Shown in pieces: positions 1 through 12,850 of a DNA stretch of 38,933 nucleotides; the stretch's first letter is position 1, and every line of letters begins with the position of its first letter. The notes under the pieces are model-generated. The model saw nothing but the letters and a program-made list of their open reading frames with translations. It was not told where the DNA came from and ran no database searches. Made by a program: the position numbers and the translations under genes. This stretch comes from Proteromonas lacertae (Eukaryota): positions 124,001 through 162,933 of the forward strand of contig NGBS01000596.1 of NCBI GenBank assembly GCA_002245135.1, written 5' to 3'.

Positions 1-912
1 ATTTGATGGAATTTTTTGATCTGGCACTAAAGCAGCACTACTTGCATTTATTAAATCAACTTCATATTTTTCATGTAATTCTTTTGATAACTTCAATGTA
101 TCATCTAATGTTATTCCACCTTCTTTATAATCGGTACAACTTAATCGAACAAATAAAGGCATTTCTTTTGGAATTACTTTTCTCACTTCTACACAAATAT
201 CTTTTAAAAACTTCGCTGTATCAACACCATATTCATCTTTACGATGATTACTTAATGGAGATAAAAATTCATGAATTAAATATCCATGAGCACCATGAAT
301 TTCTATAAAATCATATCCACTTTTTACAGATCTTTCAGCTGTTTCTTTAAACTGTTTTATTAGAACTTTTATCTCTTCAACTGTTAATTCATGGGGTACA
401 GGCCAATTATCATACGCAATTGCACTTGGAGCGTCAGTAACCCATCCTCCTTCTTCATTTGATGGAACAATGGATCGATTTGATTTATCACTACCAGGAG
501 GGAATTCTGAGCCTTTTCGCCCTGCATGAGCGATTTGTATACCGATCTTACATCCTTCTTTATGAACAAAATCCACTATTCTCTTATATTCAGGAATAAA
601 TGAATCATCCCACAAACCAAGATCTCTATAATAATAATTTAAATTGATATACTTAAAACTAATTCTACCTTTTGGACAAACAGCTGTAGCTTCTTGAATT
701 ATACATCCATAACCTGCTAGAGCGTAAGATCCTATTCAAATAAATGTTTATCACATACCATAACGCACTAAATGGAAATCAGTTGGATGTCCATCTTTTG
801 CTTCAAACTATTTAACTAAATCTTACAAAATACCAAGCACATTGGTGGAATACCCAATCTGTTAGGGAAAGTTAAACCTCTTCAACTTTAATGGAGTGAA
901 TAAATTAGACAT
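1..912 (-). CDS. NADH:flavin oxidoreductase / old yellow enzyme, YqjM/NamA type (3' end runs off window; 3 introns; one +1 frameshift near 881)
   Basis: Manual minus-strand translation gives MSNLFTPLKL/RGLTFPNRLGIPPMC...IIQEATAV...DLGLWDD...IQIAHAGRK...FIEIHGAHGYLIHEFLSPLSNHRKDEYG...MPLFVRLSCTDY. Introns are 808-833, 732-758 and 626-652 (26-27 nt, GTAT..TAG). PPMC Cys and HGAHGY are hallmarks of the YqjM class. Confidence 0.93.
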
Positions 913-1084
913 AGCTATAAAGAAACAATGAAAAAAGAATCTTTAAATCTAATATGAAACGGATATATATATTGTAAACTTCAACAACATGTGTAATTTA
1001 ACAAAAAAAACAATAAAAGAATGATATTCTTTTCTTCTATTATCGTTTAACAATTACAGTTAATCAAATTATTTTTAATTACAA

Positions 1085-1666
1085 TTACTCAATTTTTAAG
1101 TAATTAAAACTAGTTTCAAAACCACCTTCTTTTGGACTGCAACAATACAAACCAATTTGTAATTCACTATCTTCTGGAATATGGAAGTGACATATTCTCA
1201 ACTGTTGCCATTTCTCTTCACCAACTGATCTAGCATAAACAAAGAAATCATTTCCTTTTCTTTGGATTTTAAATTCCATTTCTACATCCTTTTTGGAATA
1301 TGGTTGAGTAGACCAATCGGAATAACCCATATTTGTAACTACAGCACCAAGATTGTATGGTCCTTCTTTTTCAAATTCAATTGATGTTTTGATCCAGAAT
1401 TCTTCGTTTAAATACACAATTAGTCCAGCTTGATCATATTGTTCTTTTGGAGCGTATTTAACCTTGGTTTCCATAGTAAAATCTCCCTTCTTGTTCATCA
1501 TTAAGCAATGTCCTGTATTTCTTCTAAAGCCATAATGAGTTCTTTGCCAGAAATCAGTATCACTTGCAGTCTTCACTACTAATGCTCCATTTTTAATTTC
1601 GTGTGATGGAGGTTCATTCAACCATTTAAACTCTTTTGGAACAGTGTCCTTAAATTCGTAAATCAT
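1085..1666 (-). CDS. DUF1349 / Ree1-like concanavalin-A-fold protein, intronless
   Basis: 193-aa ORF with WLNEP, TDFWQRTHYGFRRNTGH, YDQAGL, WIKTSIEF, GAVVTNMGYSDWS and IGLYCCSP motifs typical of bacterial DUF1349 proteins. Confidence 0.88.
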   Translation of the reverse strand: MIYEFKDTVPKEFKWLNEPPSHEIKNGALVVKTASDTDFWQRTHYGFRRNTGHCLMMNKKGDFTMETKVKYAPKEQYDQAGLIVYLNEEFWIKTSIEFEKEGPYNLGAVVTNMGYSDWSTQPYSKKDVEMEFKIQRKGNDFFVYARSVGEEKWQQLRICHFHIPEDSELQIGLYCCSPKEGGFETSFNYLKIE

Positions 1667-1701
1667 AAGATATATAAAATTCTATTTCGATTCAATTATT
1701 T

Positions 1702-1708
1702 GGCTTGA
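1702..1708. promoter_or_regulatory. Candidate core-promoter motif RGCTTGA in the 73-bp divergent intergenic region
   Basis: The same motif occurs on either strand just upstream of several genes: 3301-3307, 9715-9721, 15190-15196, 15257-15263, 16946-16952. Confidence 0.35.
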
Positions 1709-1739
1709 AAATTCACTTTCTTTTTCTTTCTTTTTTTAA

Positions 1740-3169
1740 ATGTCTCTAGGGTTTAGAACAGAATCTGCTTTAATTCCCAAAAAATCTAAAGAAATATCAG
1801 TGGATAAGGAAAGTGTATTCTATTGATTCCATCTCTTTCTTAGTTAATTGGTTTAGAAGCTGCAATTAATGAATATAAGGTGAAAAATAAAGACAAACCT
1901 GTAATAGCAAATATAAGAAAAGTATATTATTATATTCTATTAGTTAAATAAAAATAGAAAACATCCAAGAGAATAATTGTTGGGAAAAAAGAGGAAGAAG
2001 ATAAATTAGGTAGGTCTAACAAAGGAATAGAAGAAAGAATAAAATATGATGAAGAATCCCGTCTAAATCTAAAGAAGTCAAAAATGGTAGAACAAGCATT
2101 AGAAAGAAAAGCAATATTGTATAACAAAATGTCCAATGGAGAAATAGAAGCAGATGAAGATTGTTTAGTCAACTTTGATGAAAAAGTGAAAAGAAAGACA
2201 ACTGAACAATCAACACAACCTAAAAAAGTATATTCATTCATAATATATGTAATAATAGAAGCATAAACATCGTAGAGTCTTAATTGAAGATAGACATGGA
2301 AGATTACGTTGGGTAAAAGAAGGCTCATCAGATCATATGGACAGAATAGGTATAGCTCACAGATTAGTACAATTAAATCCATGGTTAAAGAGTGTAGTAG
2401 ATTTTGAAGAGGTTGATTTGAATAAAGTAATAACAACAGCAGAAGCTGATAAAATGAAGAAAGAAAAAGAAGAAGAAGAAGAAGAACGTATATATATATA
2501 TATATATATATATTATTATTATTATTATTTATTATAGAAAAGAAGAAGATAGGAATAAAATTATTCAAGTCTCAATGGGAATTTGTAAAGTCAAAAGATG
2601 AGAAAGAATATTTAGAAGGATTATCAAATAAAACAAAAGAAATTAGAAATGAAGTGATTAATAAAACTGCAAAGATATTTGAACAAATTGATTCAATTAC
2701 ATCCAATAAAGAAAATATGAAAGAAAGTGTAAAAGAAGAAGAAGATGATGAAAAGAAAAAGATGAAAGAAAAAGACGAAAAGACAAAACAAAAATTGAAG
2801 GGATTATTTGATTTATTAAAGAATAAAGACAATGATAATAAGAATGAAGAATCTAATATAGAACCACCACCAGTACAATCGCAACAACCGGTAGAACAAT
2901 CGGTTCAACCTACTCAACAACCACAACCACCTCAATTACCGTTTTGTAACAATAACTCACAGTATTTTCCTCCTCAACAGTATCAATATTATTACCAAAA
3001 CCAATCTTCCTATTATAATCAATATCCAGGATATTATGCTTATCCTCAACAATATCAATTTACTCAATCTTACCCAAATCCTCAAGATAATTTAAATTCA
3101 CAACAAATTAATACTTCTAACCCTGATCCATATTCTAGACCGAATGTAACTTATTTACCAACCCATTAA
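1740..3169 (+). CDS. CCDC174-like coiled-coil protein (5 exons) with Gln/Pro/Tyr-rich C-terminus
   Basis: Spliced ORF starts MSLGFRTESALIPKKSKEI...SNKGIEERIKYDEE...ALERKAILYNKM...CLVNF. Four GTAT..TAG introns join ORFs 2084, 2337 and 2654 in frame. Confidence 0.7.
2489..2528. repeat. (TA)n(TAT)n microsatellite inside intron 2488-2537
   Basis: Directly visible: tatatatatatatatatatatatattattattattatt. Confidence 0.9.
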
Positions 3170-3361
3170 TAATCATTTTTGTTTTTTAATTTTTAGAAAT
3201 TGATTTAATGCAACTTAATTTGGATTATTCATTGTTAAGTGGAATTTGCATATGTATAAATCCCTTTATGTAACAATGAATGTAAAAATAAATTCAAACC
3301 TCAAGCCGAATCTAGCTTCTTTTTTATTGGATATTTATCTATTTAACTCTTTCTACTTTAC

Positions 3362-5641
3362 ATGAGTTCCTCAAACAATGAAAATACAAGATTAGTTCAA
3401 GTTAAGGAATATTTGATGGCTTTAACAGAAGGAAGACCGCCAACAAAGAACATACAAGATGTAAATGAGTATTTTTAATATTTAATGGTCTGCATAGTTT
3501 GGTTTATAATCTAGTAATGAACAACTGTGGAGTGGAATTATATGTCACTGTAGAAACAATTTTGTTGAATTACACAAAGAAGCTACAAAAGGAGGTAAAG
3601 AAATTGCAAGAAGATGACCTTCTACATGGATTGGGACAGATGTGGAGGAATGTAAGTGCTTTAGAGAAAAAGATTAGAGATTCTTTGTGGTATTTGGTAT
3701 ATTTTACTCTCTCACTATCATCATAGAACGATCACTTAGAAACTCTAGACCGAAAAGTAACTAGTGGAATAGATGAGGACGAAAATCAAGAAGATAAAAA
3801 GTCCGGCCGTAAATCCACCAAAATATTAATCCTTGGTAGTTTTTCCAAAGAAATATTAGAAAAGAAAAACTTAATAGAAAGAATGATCACAGCATTACTA
3901 ATAGAATACCAAAGACATAGAGAAAAGCAGAATATTGATGAATCGACGCTCCACAGCTTAGGTAAGATGTTGGTAGAGTTAACAGAAGTCGAAGGAAATG
4001 TATTATATGAAAAATATTTCCAAGAAAGGTTTTTGAATAACACAACCGAGTTTTACTCAACTTATGCTAATAAGATCTTAGCTAAACAGGATATCAATTT
4101 GTTCAATTATTGTGAATTAGTAGAAGCACAATTGAATCATGAAAAGAACCAATATTTCTATTTAAAGAGTGAAACTCGAAACAAAGTTAATCAGATTGTA
4201 GAAATTCAACTTATTTCACATCATTATAAAGATCTATTAGATAGAAATCCTGGTGGTTTTAGCTCCATTGTTGAATCTAAAGATAGTAAAGATATTCAAC
4301 TTCGAAAAGTGTATGATGTATTCCACAATATAATTGATGCTAAGAAAGATTTATGTGATCATTATTATCATTATGTTGAAACTGAATCTAGTGAATTGAT
4401 TGGTAATGAAAAGGAGTGGGAAAAACCAGTAGTTTGGGCACAGAATTACCTACAATTATTTGGTGATAACAGTGAAACAGGTTCGTTTTTCATTCAGATG
4501 GGACAAAGATTTTGAAAGTGCAAGAATCAGTGCCTTCCGTGCTTCTTTAAAAGGTAAAACTGCTCCTTGTACTGCATTAGCATTGAATTTAGATAGTCGA
4601 TTAAGAGAAAAGGCAGGAACACTATCAACAGATCAACAGAAAGTATTAATAGAAACAACACTAGAAGTATTTGAATTATTAGATGATAAAGATGTGTTTA
4701 AGAATGAATATGAAAAATGTTTGAAGAAGAGATTATTAGATAACAAAGTAATGAGTGAAGATTTTGAAAGTAGAATATTAACTGGTTTAACTGACAAAGC
4801 TGGTAAATCATTTACTGAAACAAGTTATCAGATTCAACAAGAGTATAAGAATGAACATGAGAATAGTAAATACAAATATGCTATCTCTGGTTGTTCACTT
4901 GATTTGAATCCAACTATATTGACTGAAGGAACTTGGAAATTTGAAACAAAACCAGCTATTGGTACAGCTCCACCTTATTTCGCTAATATTTATAAACTAT
5001 ATGAAACAAATTATATCAATAAGAATGGTAATAAGAGAATTAGACCGATTTATACTGAAGGAAGTGTAAAAGCAATTATTACTTATCCTAATGGTAAGAA
5101 GTATGATGTTACATTTACAACACCACAAGCATTTATTGTCGAAATGATTAGAAATGGAACAAATACAAGAGAGACTATAATGAATAATTTAAAAGTAGAA
5201 TCTTCCAAATCAAAGAGTGAGTTCTTAAGTCAAGTTCAATCCTTTTTATCCTGTAAAAAGAAAAGTGATCCAACCTTCTTATTGGAAGACAGTTCAGAAA
5301 GTGATAAGAATAAAAGAAAGATTTCATTTAATATGAACTATGTAAATCCAAGAAACAAGTTCTCTATTCCAGTTCCAACATTAAAACATAAAGTTGCACA
5401 AACTGTAAGTGATGATTTGAATCAACAGAGATGGCATCAAATGGATGCTGCTATAGTGAGAGTGATGAAAATTAGAGGTCGTTTACAATTGAATCAATTA
5501 GAATCAAATGTAGTTGAGTTATTGAAAAGATTCTTTAAACCTACTCCTAATGATATTAAGAAGAGAATTGATGATTTGATTGAGAGAGAGTATCTAACAA
5601 GAGATGAACATGATAAATCTATTTTCCATTATGTAGCTTAA
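3362..5641 (+). CDS. Cullin (divergent; 2 introns; one +1 frameshift at ~4459-4461)
   Basis: LVYNLVMNNCGVELY, YEKYFQERFLNNTTEFY, LDDKDVFKNEYEKCLKKRLL, ILTEGTW and the neddylation domain DAAIVRVMKIR...IKKRIDDLIEREYLTRD...FHYVA. Confidence 0.93.
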
Positions 5642-5738
5642 CAATTTTTTTTTTAATATTATTATGATTATGATTATTCAAATAATTATTTTTCTAATCT
5701 TTACCTAAAAGAAAAGAAAATAAACATATCATGTATTT

Positions 5739-8700
5739 CTATTTAACATTATAAAAATGTTCTGATAATTCTTTCTTTTCTTCTTCTGTAATTCCATCAA
5801 TAAATATATAATTAATTGATGAATAAGTTTCAAAGAATGATTTTAATTCCGATTTATTGAAATTGTCTTTTATGGTAATTGCTAATACATCTAGTTTATA
5901 AAAAATATCTTCATTTTCTCTCATCATTCTTAATTCTCTCTCATTCAATTCATAACCTTCTATGTTTATCTTTTTTAATTGTTGATAATCTTTTAATCTT
6001 TCTATTAACATGTTTAATCCTTTTTCACTCATTCCAACATCTATTCAAATATATATATAAACCATAAAAATACTAGAGATAATTAATGAATTATCTAAAA
6101 TAAATGTGTCTAAATTTTCACATATTATTTCTATTCCTTCATCTCCAATTTCATTATTATATATCGAAATATATTGTGCATGTTCTGGTAAAGAATCTAT
6201 TAGTTCTTTCAATCCTTTATAGCTTATCTTGTTATTGAATAAATCAAGTCTTTCATAATAAATCTGTTTAATCAAACGAATGTGAGAATCATTAATATTT
6301 AAATCTATTTTATTGGAAATTAATACTTTTATACTTGAAAAATCATATTTTCTATACTCATGTCTAGTTGCTTTTATACAATAATTCAAGTAACATTCTA
6401 ACTCTTCATTTGTCCATAATGAACATTTCATTTCAATAAATGGATAATTTCCTTCTTCTTCTAATGATTTAGAATAAACTGATTTTATTGCTTTTATTCC
6501 AATATGATTTCCTCCTAAGAATATTCTCAGATAATTATCAAAATGATCATCTAAACTCATTGGTTTAACTTGATTTATTAATAGTAACACACTTTCATCA
6601 TCTATTGAGGTATTAGATAAATTTAATTCACCAAAATTCCTGAATAATTCTAAATTGCCCAGTAATGATTTAAATCCATCATTACCTATTGGATTATCTA
6701 TTTATAAAATTAAAAAATTATATTTATACTATGTATGTATATATCTCTAACATTTTTGATGTCTTTCATAGAGTTCATCATATATTCTACTCCATCTGAA
6801 TCAATATTATTGCCATTTAAATATATTATTCTAATCCAACTTTTTGTTTTCTTTACACCATCTAATATATACTTCAATCCAGTTGAAGATAATCCCATAT
6901 CTATTACATATCAAACAATATTTCAAATACTAGAACAATTTATTATACTAACACAATCTTTTAATTTACATAAATGTGGAGATAATATCTTCATTCCTTC
7001 ATCTCCTATTTCATTTCCATATAACTTAACCATTAGTTTTGGAAAATTATTTATACTATAAATCAATACTTCTATACTTCGGTATGTTAATTTATTATCT
7101 AAATAATAGAAAAATATCAAATCATACTACTCAGATTTAACTCTCCTATTCTCTGTAATTCATCAGATCTCAAGGCAAGGAATTGTTTCAATATATCATC
7201 ATCAATACCTGAATTACTCAGATCTAATATACTAAATAAAACTCCTCCAATGATTGATTCAACCATCTTCGGAATTGTTTTATCAATCAACAGCTCTTTA
7301 CATCCATTTATACGAAAAAGCGTTTCAGATGCCGGATATACAGAAAATATTTCTTTTAGTCCTTTTAAATGTATTTGTGGGTTGAACATAATTACAAGAT
7401 AGCTAATAGTATATTTATATTTATGTAATTCTTGTGACAATAATATCATCGACTCATCATTCAAATTCATTTGCAAAAGATCCAAATCACGGATGTCATT
7501 AATTAATAAATGTAAATATGGTAGTAATAATTTGAATCCTTTTGGACCAATTGGATTTGCTATTTCAAAAATATAAATAATATGCTTATACACCATAGTA
7601 TTAAACTTTTCAATTTCATGTATGGAATGGTTTTAACAAATGTTTCCATAAAGTAATGAGTAAGATGGCATTCTGATAAATCTAATACTTCGAGATTTGA
7701 GAATTGGATAAAATATGTTCCAAACAATGAATGATAATGTAGTTGAATGTTAAACCAATCAATGTCTATATAAACAATAAATATTATTATTTATCAATAT
7801 ACCAAACTTAAGTTTCTTTGGATTGATTAGTTTCAATATTTTGAATAAATAATACATTCCTTCTTCACATAAACAGCAACAATTTGATTCAATCTTAATG
7901 ATTTCTTTATCTGGATAGCATCTGCCAATGTTACATATTATTTTATCTAAATGACATTCTTCTTCTTTACATTTGTGATGAATTTGAAATCTTAGTTTTT
8001 CAATTTTTAAAACATATTCTTTATATAATTTCATCATCAAGAGTATTGACAATATTCTTGTATTGGATTGCTTATTGTATAATTCTACCAAATCGTCTCC
8101 AATTTCTATTCAATAATAGTTTTTAAGAATGTAAAAAATATATATATTATACCTTTCAATTTCTCACTTTCGAGATAATGTTCCAAAGGATATATTATTG
8201 GAAATGTAGAAAAAATATTGTTACTATAATTATATAACATTTCTTTTCTTTGATCAGACATTATTATACTGTTTTCTTCATCTCTAAATATTTCACTCAT
8301 TTCGTTCATTTCTTTTCTTAATTCTTTTAAACTCAATCTATCTTCATTCTTCACACATAAAATTCTTTCCATTATTTCTTTAATCATATCATCTTTTATT
8401 AACTCTCTATTATATTCACATTTCATAATATTGCTAAGAGTTTTAATTGTATTATTATCTTCATTAAATGGTAATTTCTTGTTTATTATCTCATATAATA
8501 TACATCCAATTGACCAATTCACACTTTTCTCATTACATTCCAATCCATTCAACTCTTCTGGAGATTTAAAACATATGTCATACATCATCATTTCTTGACC
8601 TTTTCTTACTTCATTCAAACATAAATCACATAACTTTATATCATTATTATCTTCATATACTACATTACTGCTCTTCAAATTACCAACCACTAAACCATAT

Positions 8701-8966
8701 TCACTCAATATTGCCAATATTTTACAAATAGAACATATCGCACTACAAATATCATCATTTGAAAAGGATTTACTTTGAATTATCTCTTCCAAGTCTTTGA
8801 AATACTGTTTTCTTTCTATTATCATATATTCACCATTTTTATCCAACTGAAATGCTTTATAAGGATATATGAATGAGAAACAACAGTCTGACAGAAATGA
8901 GTTTGTTTCAAGGAATTTCAATATTCTCTTTTCTATAATCCCATTTACATATAAGATTTTAAGCAT
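5739..8966 (-). CDS. Pseudokinase plus RNI-like leucine-rich repeat protein (7 exons)
   Basis: N-terminal kinase-fold motifs are VVGNLKSSNV, IKLCDLCL, FKSPEE and NWSIGCILYE..KLPF. Many LxLxxNxIGDxG repeats follow. Six phase-1 GTAT..TAG introns join ORFs 8106, 7759, 7117, 6923, 6710, 6045 and 5739 in frame. Confidence 0.85.
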
Positions 8967-9250
8967 TTTAATTTTCTTCTTTTTTTGTATTTTCAAGTCT
9001 ATTTCGCTATTACCCTTTTCTACTCTTTCTTTTACCTATAAAACATAAAATCACTAAAAAATACTTGAGTTTTAGAAGATAATAATGAGTGTAACACATT
9101 ATCTACAAAAGAATTCAGCATTTTAATTATTGTTTCAAAATATAGAGTCGTTATTTTATTATGTAAATACTTTTTATGTAGCAATTATTTACACAATATA
9201 TATTATTTCCATAAAAATAGATCCCCCTAACAAACATTAACATATTTAAA

Positions 9251-9701
9251 TTAATCCTTCTTTGATATTCTAATATTTGCGCTTAAGTTTTTATATGTAG
9301 ACTTTAAGTTATTCAGAGTCTATAATACCATAATTAAAATATCTTATACTTGCTTCAATTGGTATATTTCAGCATCTAAGTCTTGAGACAACTCTTCATT
9401 ATTCGATTCCTACCAATTATAATATCATAACCACAATATACCAAAGCTACATCAAGCTGCCTTTGTTTCTCTTCAATCTCTAAACTACAAGCTGTTATTC
9501 TCTATATTCATATTACAATCATAATTGATAAAATACAGCTTTTAAAACTTGACTTCTTTGATGAATTTCATATATTTCTGGTAGTTTTGATATTTGAAAA
9601 GTACCTGTGGAATAATACACTAAACCCAAAGAAAATGCTACAATGATTACAGCCAGGAGTAGAATAATGTAAAGCATTGACAGTATGTAATGAAAAATCA
9701 T
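9251..9701 (-). CDS. Small hypothetical protein: N-terminal TM/signal helix followed by coiled coil (4 exons)
   Basis: MIFHYILSMLYIILLLAVIIVAFSLGLVYY... splices via three phase-0 GTAT..TAG introns to ...LEIEEKQRQLDVALESNNEELSQDLDAEIYQLKQTLNNLKSTYKNLSANIRISKKD*. Confidence 0.7.
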
Positions 9702-9827
9702 TTTTAATATTACCTCAAGCCAAGTTATTCTTCAGTTCAAACTTAATTTTTAAATTTTTTTAAATTTATATTTATAAATTGCCTTTAATAATTAAAAGTA
9801 TTACTTGAAATATAACATTTATTATAG

Positions 9828-10488
9828 ATGTCAACTGGATTACAAGGAATAAAGTCATCTGGACGTTTTTCACCTGCTAGACGTAGACAGAAGCCACGTG
9901 TTGTATGATAGTATCAATAATATGAATAGGCACTCGACGAAGAACAACTCGAAGAAATTAAAGAAGCCTTCAAATTGTTTGATCCTGATGATAAAGGGAA
10001 AATAGATGCAAAAGAACTCAAAGCTGCAATGAGAGCATTAGGATTTATAGTTAAAAAAGTATGTTATATTTATTTAAGTGTTAATAGACTGATATAAAGA
10101 AAATGTTGACAGAAATCAATAAATTGGACACTGGTGAAGTTACTCAAGAAGAGTTTATTCATTTAGCTTCAGCAAAGATGGGTGAAAGAGATACCAGGGA
10201 AGAAATAATGAAAGTATTTGATTTATTTGATGAAGACCATACAGGTAAAATCACATTTAGAAATTTGAAAAGAGTAGTAGCAAGAACTTGGAGAAGATTT
10301 AACTGATCAAGATATAACAGTATATATAGTTATTTTACTCATTTTTTTAATCATTATAGGAAATGATAGAAGAAGCAGATAGAGACCATGATGGAATGAT
10401 AAATCAAGATGAATTCTATAGAGTGATGAAAAAGAGAGGAGATAATCCTTTAGATGATTTAGATTCTGATGACGATGATGATTATTAA
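9828..10488 (+). CDS. CETN: Centrin (EF-hand; 3 coding introns plus a 5'UTR intron; one +1 frameshift at ~10280)
   Basis: [15 protein letters not shown]...[14 protein letters not shown]...[80 protein letters not shown]. Confidence 0.93.
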
Positions 10489-10659
10489 ATTATATATTGT
10501 TTATTGTTATTATTTTAATTGCATTTTAAAGTTTAAAATTAAATAATTTGAGGTAATTCATCCATAAAATAAAGAAATTAAAATGAATGACTGAAATGAA
10601 TAAGGATTCAATACCTATTTAGCCTCATCAAAAAATTTGAAATTTGAGCTTTAGTTTTC

Positions 10660-12670
10660 ATGTCAGGCAAGATATTATCTTATGGTGAACCAATTTTATA
10701 TTATCAACCTAATGGTATTGTTTCTAAATTTATTAAATATATCTAGGAGCTAACTGTATGTTAGAATCTAAGTGTTGTTCCAATGATATGATGAGAACAG
10801 TTGGTGGATCTGAAGTTAGTGTGTTATTAAATCTTTGCCAATTAGGGCATCAGTGTGAGTTTGCAAGTGTCTTACCAAATAGTATATAAACAAGAAATAT
10901 AATTATCTAGGCTATTTGGGTGATTTTGTTAATGAAGCTTTAACCAGTCATGGTATTGATTTGTCCAACTGTAAGAGAGGTGATGGATTAATGAGTGAAG
11001 GAACAATAAAAACCGATTGTACTACTTTTTATCAGAGAGATGCATCAGCATTTTCACTTCAATCAGAAACTTTTGATTGGGATTCAATTGTAACAGGTGA
11101 AAAATGGGTACATTTATCATATGATCCGACTTTAATATCAGGCGAAGCTGAAGAAAACTGGAAGGGCTTATTAAAAACTGCAGCTGAAAGAAATTGTAAC
11201 ATCAGTATAGATTGTTCAATGACAGAGAAAGTTGAAGAAAATTTACCAAAATTCTGGAACGCTGTAAAACCTTATATCCAAAAAGTACGTTTCTTATACT
11301 TAAGTAATGAAGTCGTAAAGCCTTTTGCTGATTTATTAGAAGTATGTTGTATGTCATCACCTAATCCAGATCCAAAGTCAGAAGAATGGTGTAAACAATG
11401 TTGTGCATTATATAATAAAATAAAAGGACCAATCATCTTAACATCCTTTGTTATAGAACAAGGTTTAATCACTGAACTGTTTAGCTTGGCTTGTCAAGGA
11501 GAATGTAAATCTGATCAACCCTGTGGAACTAAGAACATCCCAGTATATTTATCCGTTACAGATCCAAGAGGAAGAGTAGGAGGTTATATTGCTGGTATGA
11601 TTGACTTTATTTTATCAAACAATATCACTATTCGACCTTCTAATGATAATGGTTACAGTGTAGATTGTCCAATGTGTTTATTATGTAGAAGAGGTGATAT
11701 AGTATCATCATTTACACAATTAACAAAAGGTGAACAAATTGAATATCCTGAAGACATTATGCACTATTATGAAAACGCCTATACTGATATACCAATATTA
11801 ATCAACATTGATGGAACAGCAGTAACTGATAATGATGAATTATTAAAGCGAATTGAAGAAAATAATAAAAGAATTAAAACAACAAAAGAAACAATTGATA
11901 AAGCTAAAATCTGTTGTGCAATCAAAGTTGCTTATGTAGAAAGATACTTAACAAGGGCTAAGAATTATGCAGATAGAAAGATTAAGATGTTTTCCATTAA
12001 TTCAACCTCAGAAAACTTAGATTCATTGATGAAGAAAGTATTTGAAACTCTTCCTAAAGATTGTGTTATTGGTATTCATAATGTTAATAATCTTCATGAT
12101 TTATGTAAAGCTATTAAACTAGGCATTCATTATGTAGTCTGTCCCTTCTTACCAACCTTTGATTTCATTAGTGAAGCACATAAATTTGGAGTTGTAATAA
12201 TAGTTTCTGCAATGAGTATACAAGAGATATCTGATATTAATAAAACTAACACTGATTATATTCAAATATATCCATCTACAATTTACAGTCCATTTACATT
12301 CAAAGAATATTTAGATACTAAAATGTGGGGAGATAGAAAGTTTATCTTGGATCATGGCACTTTAGATGATTGTTTAGATTGGCTTCATAATGGATTTACT
12401 GTTGTTTTCTTAGATCATAACTTTATAGGTGAAGATTGTTGTGTTGCTCCATCTAGTGCTAGAGTATTATCCACTGAAAGAACTTATAATTTAAATATTA
12501 AAGATTTTGCCATGAATTTGATTGATGATGTTACTGGATGTAAAATGCCAAAGAAAGCTTTGAAAGGTGCTGATAGAGCGAATGATAATTTAGATTTTAC
12601 TCAAGGATCTACTTATACTAGACCAATTAGACGTCCTGCTGGTGGTACTGATCATATTCAATTGTTCTAA
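10660..12670 (+). CDS. Fusion of PfkB-family 2-keto-3-deoxygluconate-kinase-like domain and KDPG-aldolase (Eda)-like TIM barrel, both with degenerate active sites (2 introns)
   Basis: N-terminus KILSYGEPIL...VGGSEVSVLLNLCQLGHQCEFASVLPNSYLGDFV...HGID...YQRDASAFS...FDWDSIV...WVHLS matches KdgK. C-terminus CVIGIHNV...AIKLGIHYVVCP...AMSIQEI...YIQIYPS...DDCLDWLHNG aligns to Eda. Confidence 0.8.
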
Positions 12671-12850
12671 TTAATTGAATTAAAAAAATCTAATTCTTAT
12701 AATATATTATATTATGCATCCATAAAATTGTTTTTGTATTTTAATGGGTGGGAAAGAGAAGAGAAAATATACATATAAACAACAACTAAATAAAAATAAT
12801 AAAGAAATATAATAATAAAATATTTTATTTATAGAAAACAGTTAAAATAG

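Noticed and set aside
4463..4472. 10-nt GTGATAACAG micro-intron that would restore the cullin frame
   Set aside because: Far below the ~25-nt minimum seen here, lacks the GTAT donor, and no equivalent explains the other frameshifts.
860..4515. Euplotes-like +1 ribosomal frameshifting at stop codons (CCC-TAA in the OYE, TTT-TGA in cullin)
   Set aside because: Family consensus (RGLTFPNR, SF..DKDF, and ELGE.LTD in centrin) is encoded in the +1 frame well upstream of the stops, so the shift does not occur at the stop codon, and no shared slippery motif is present.
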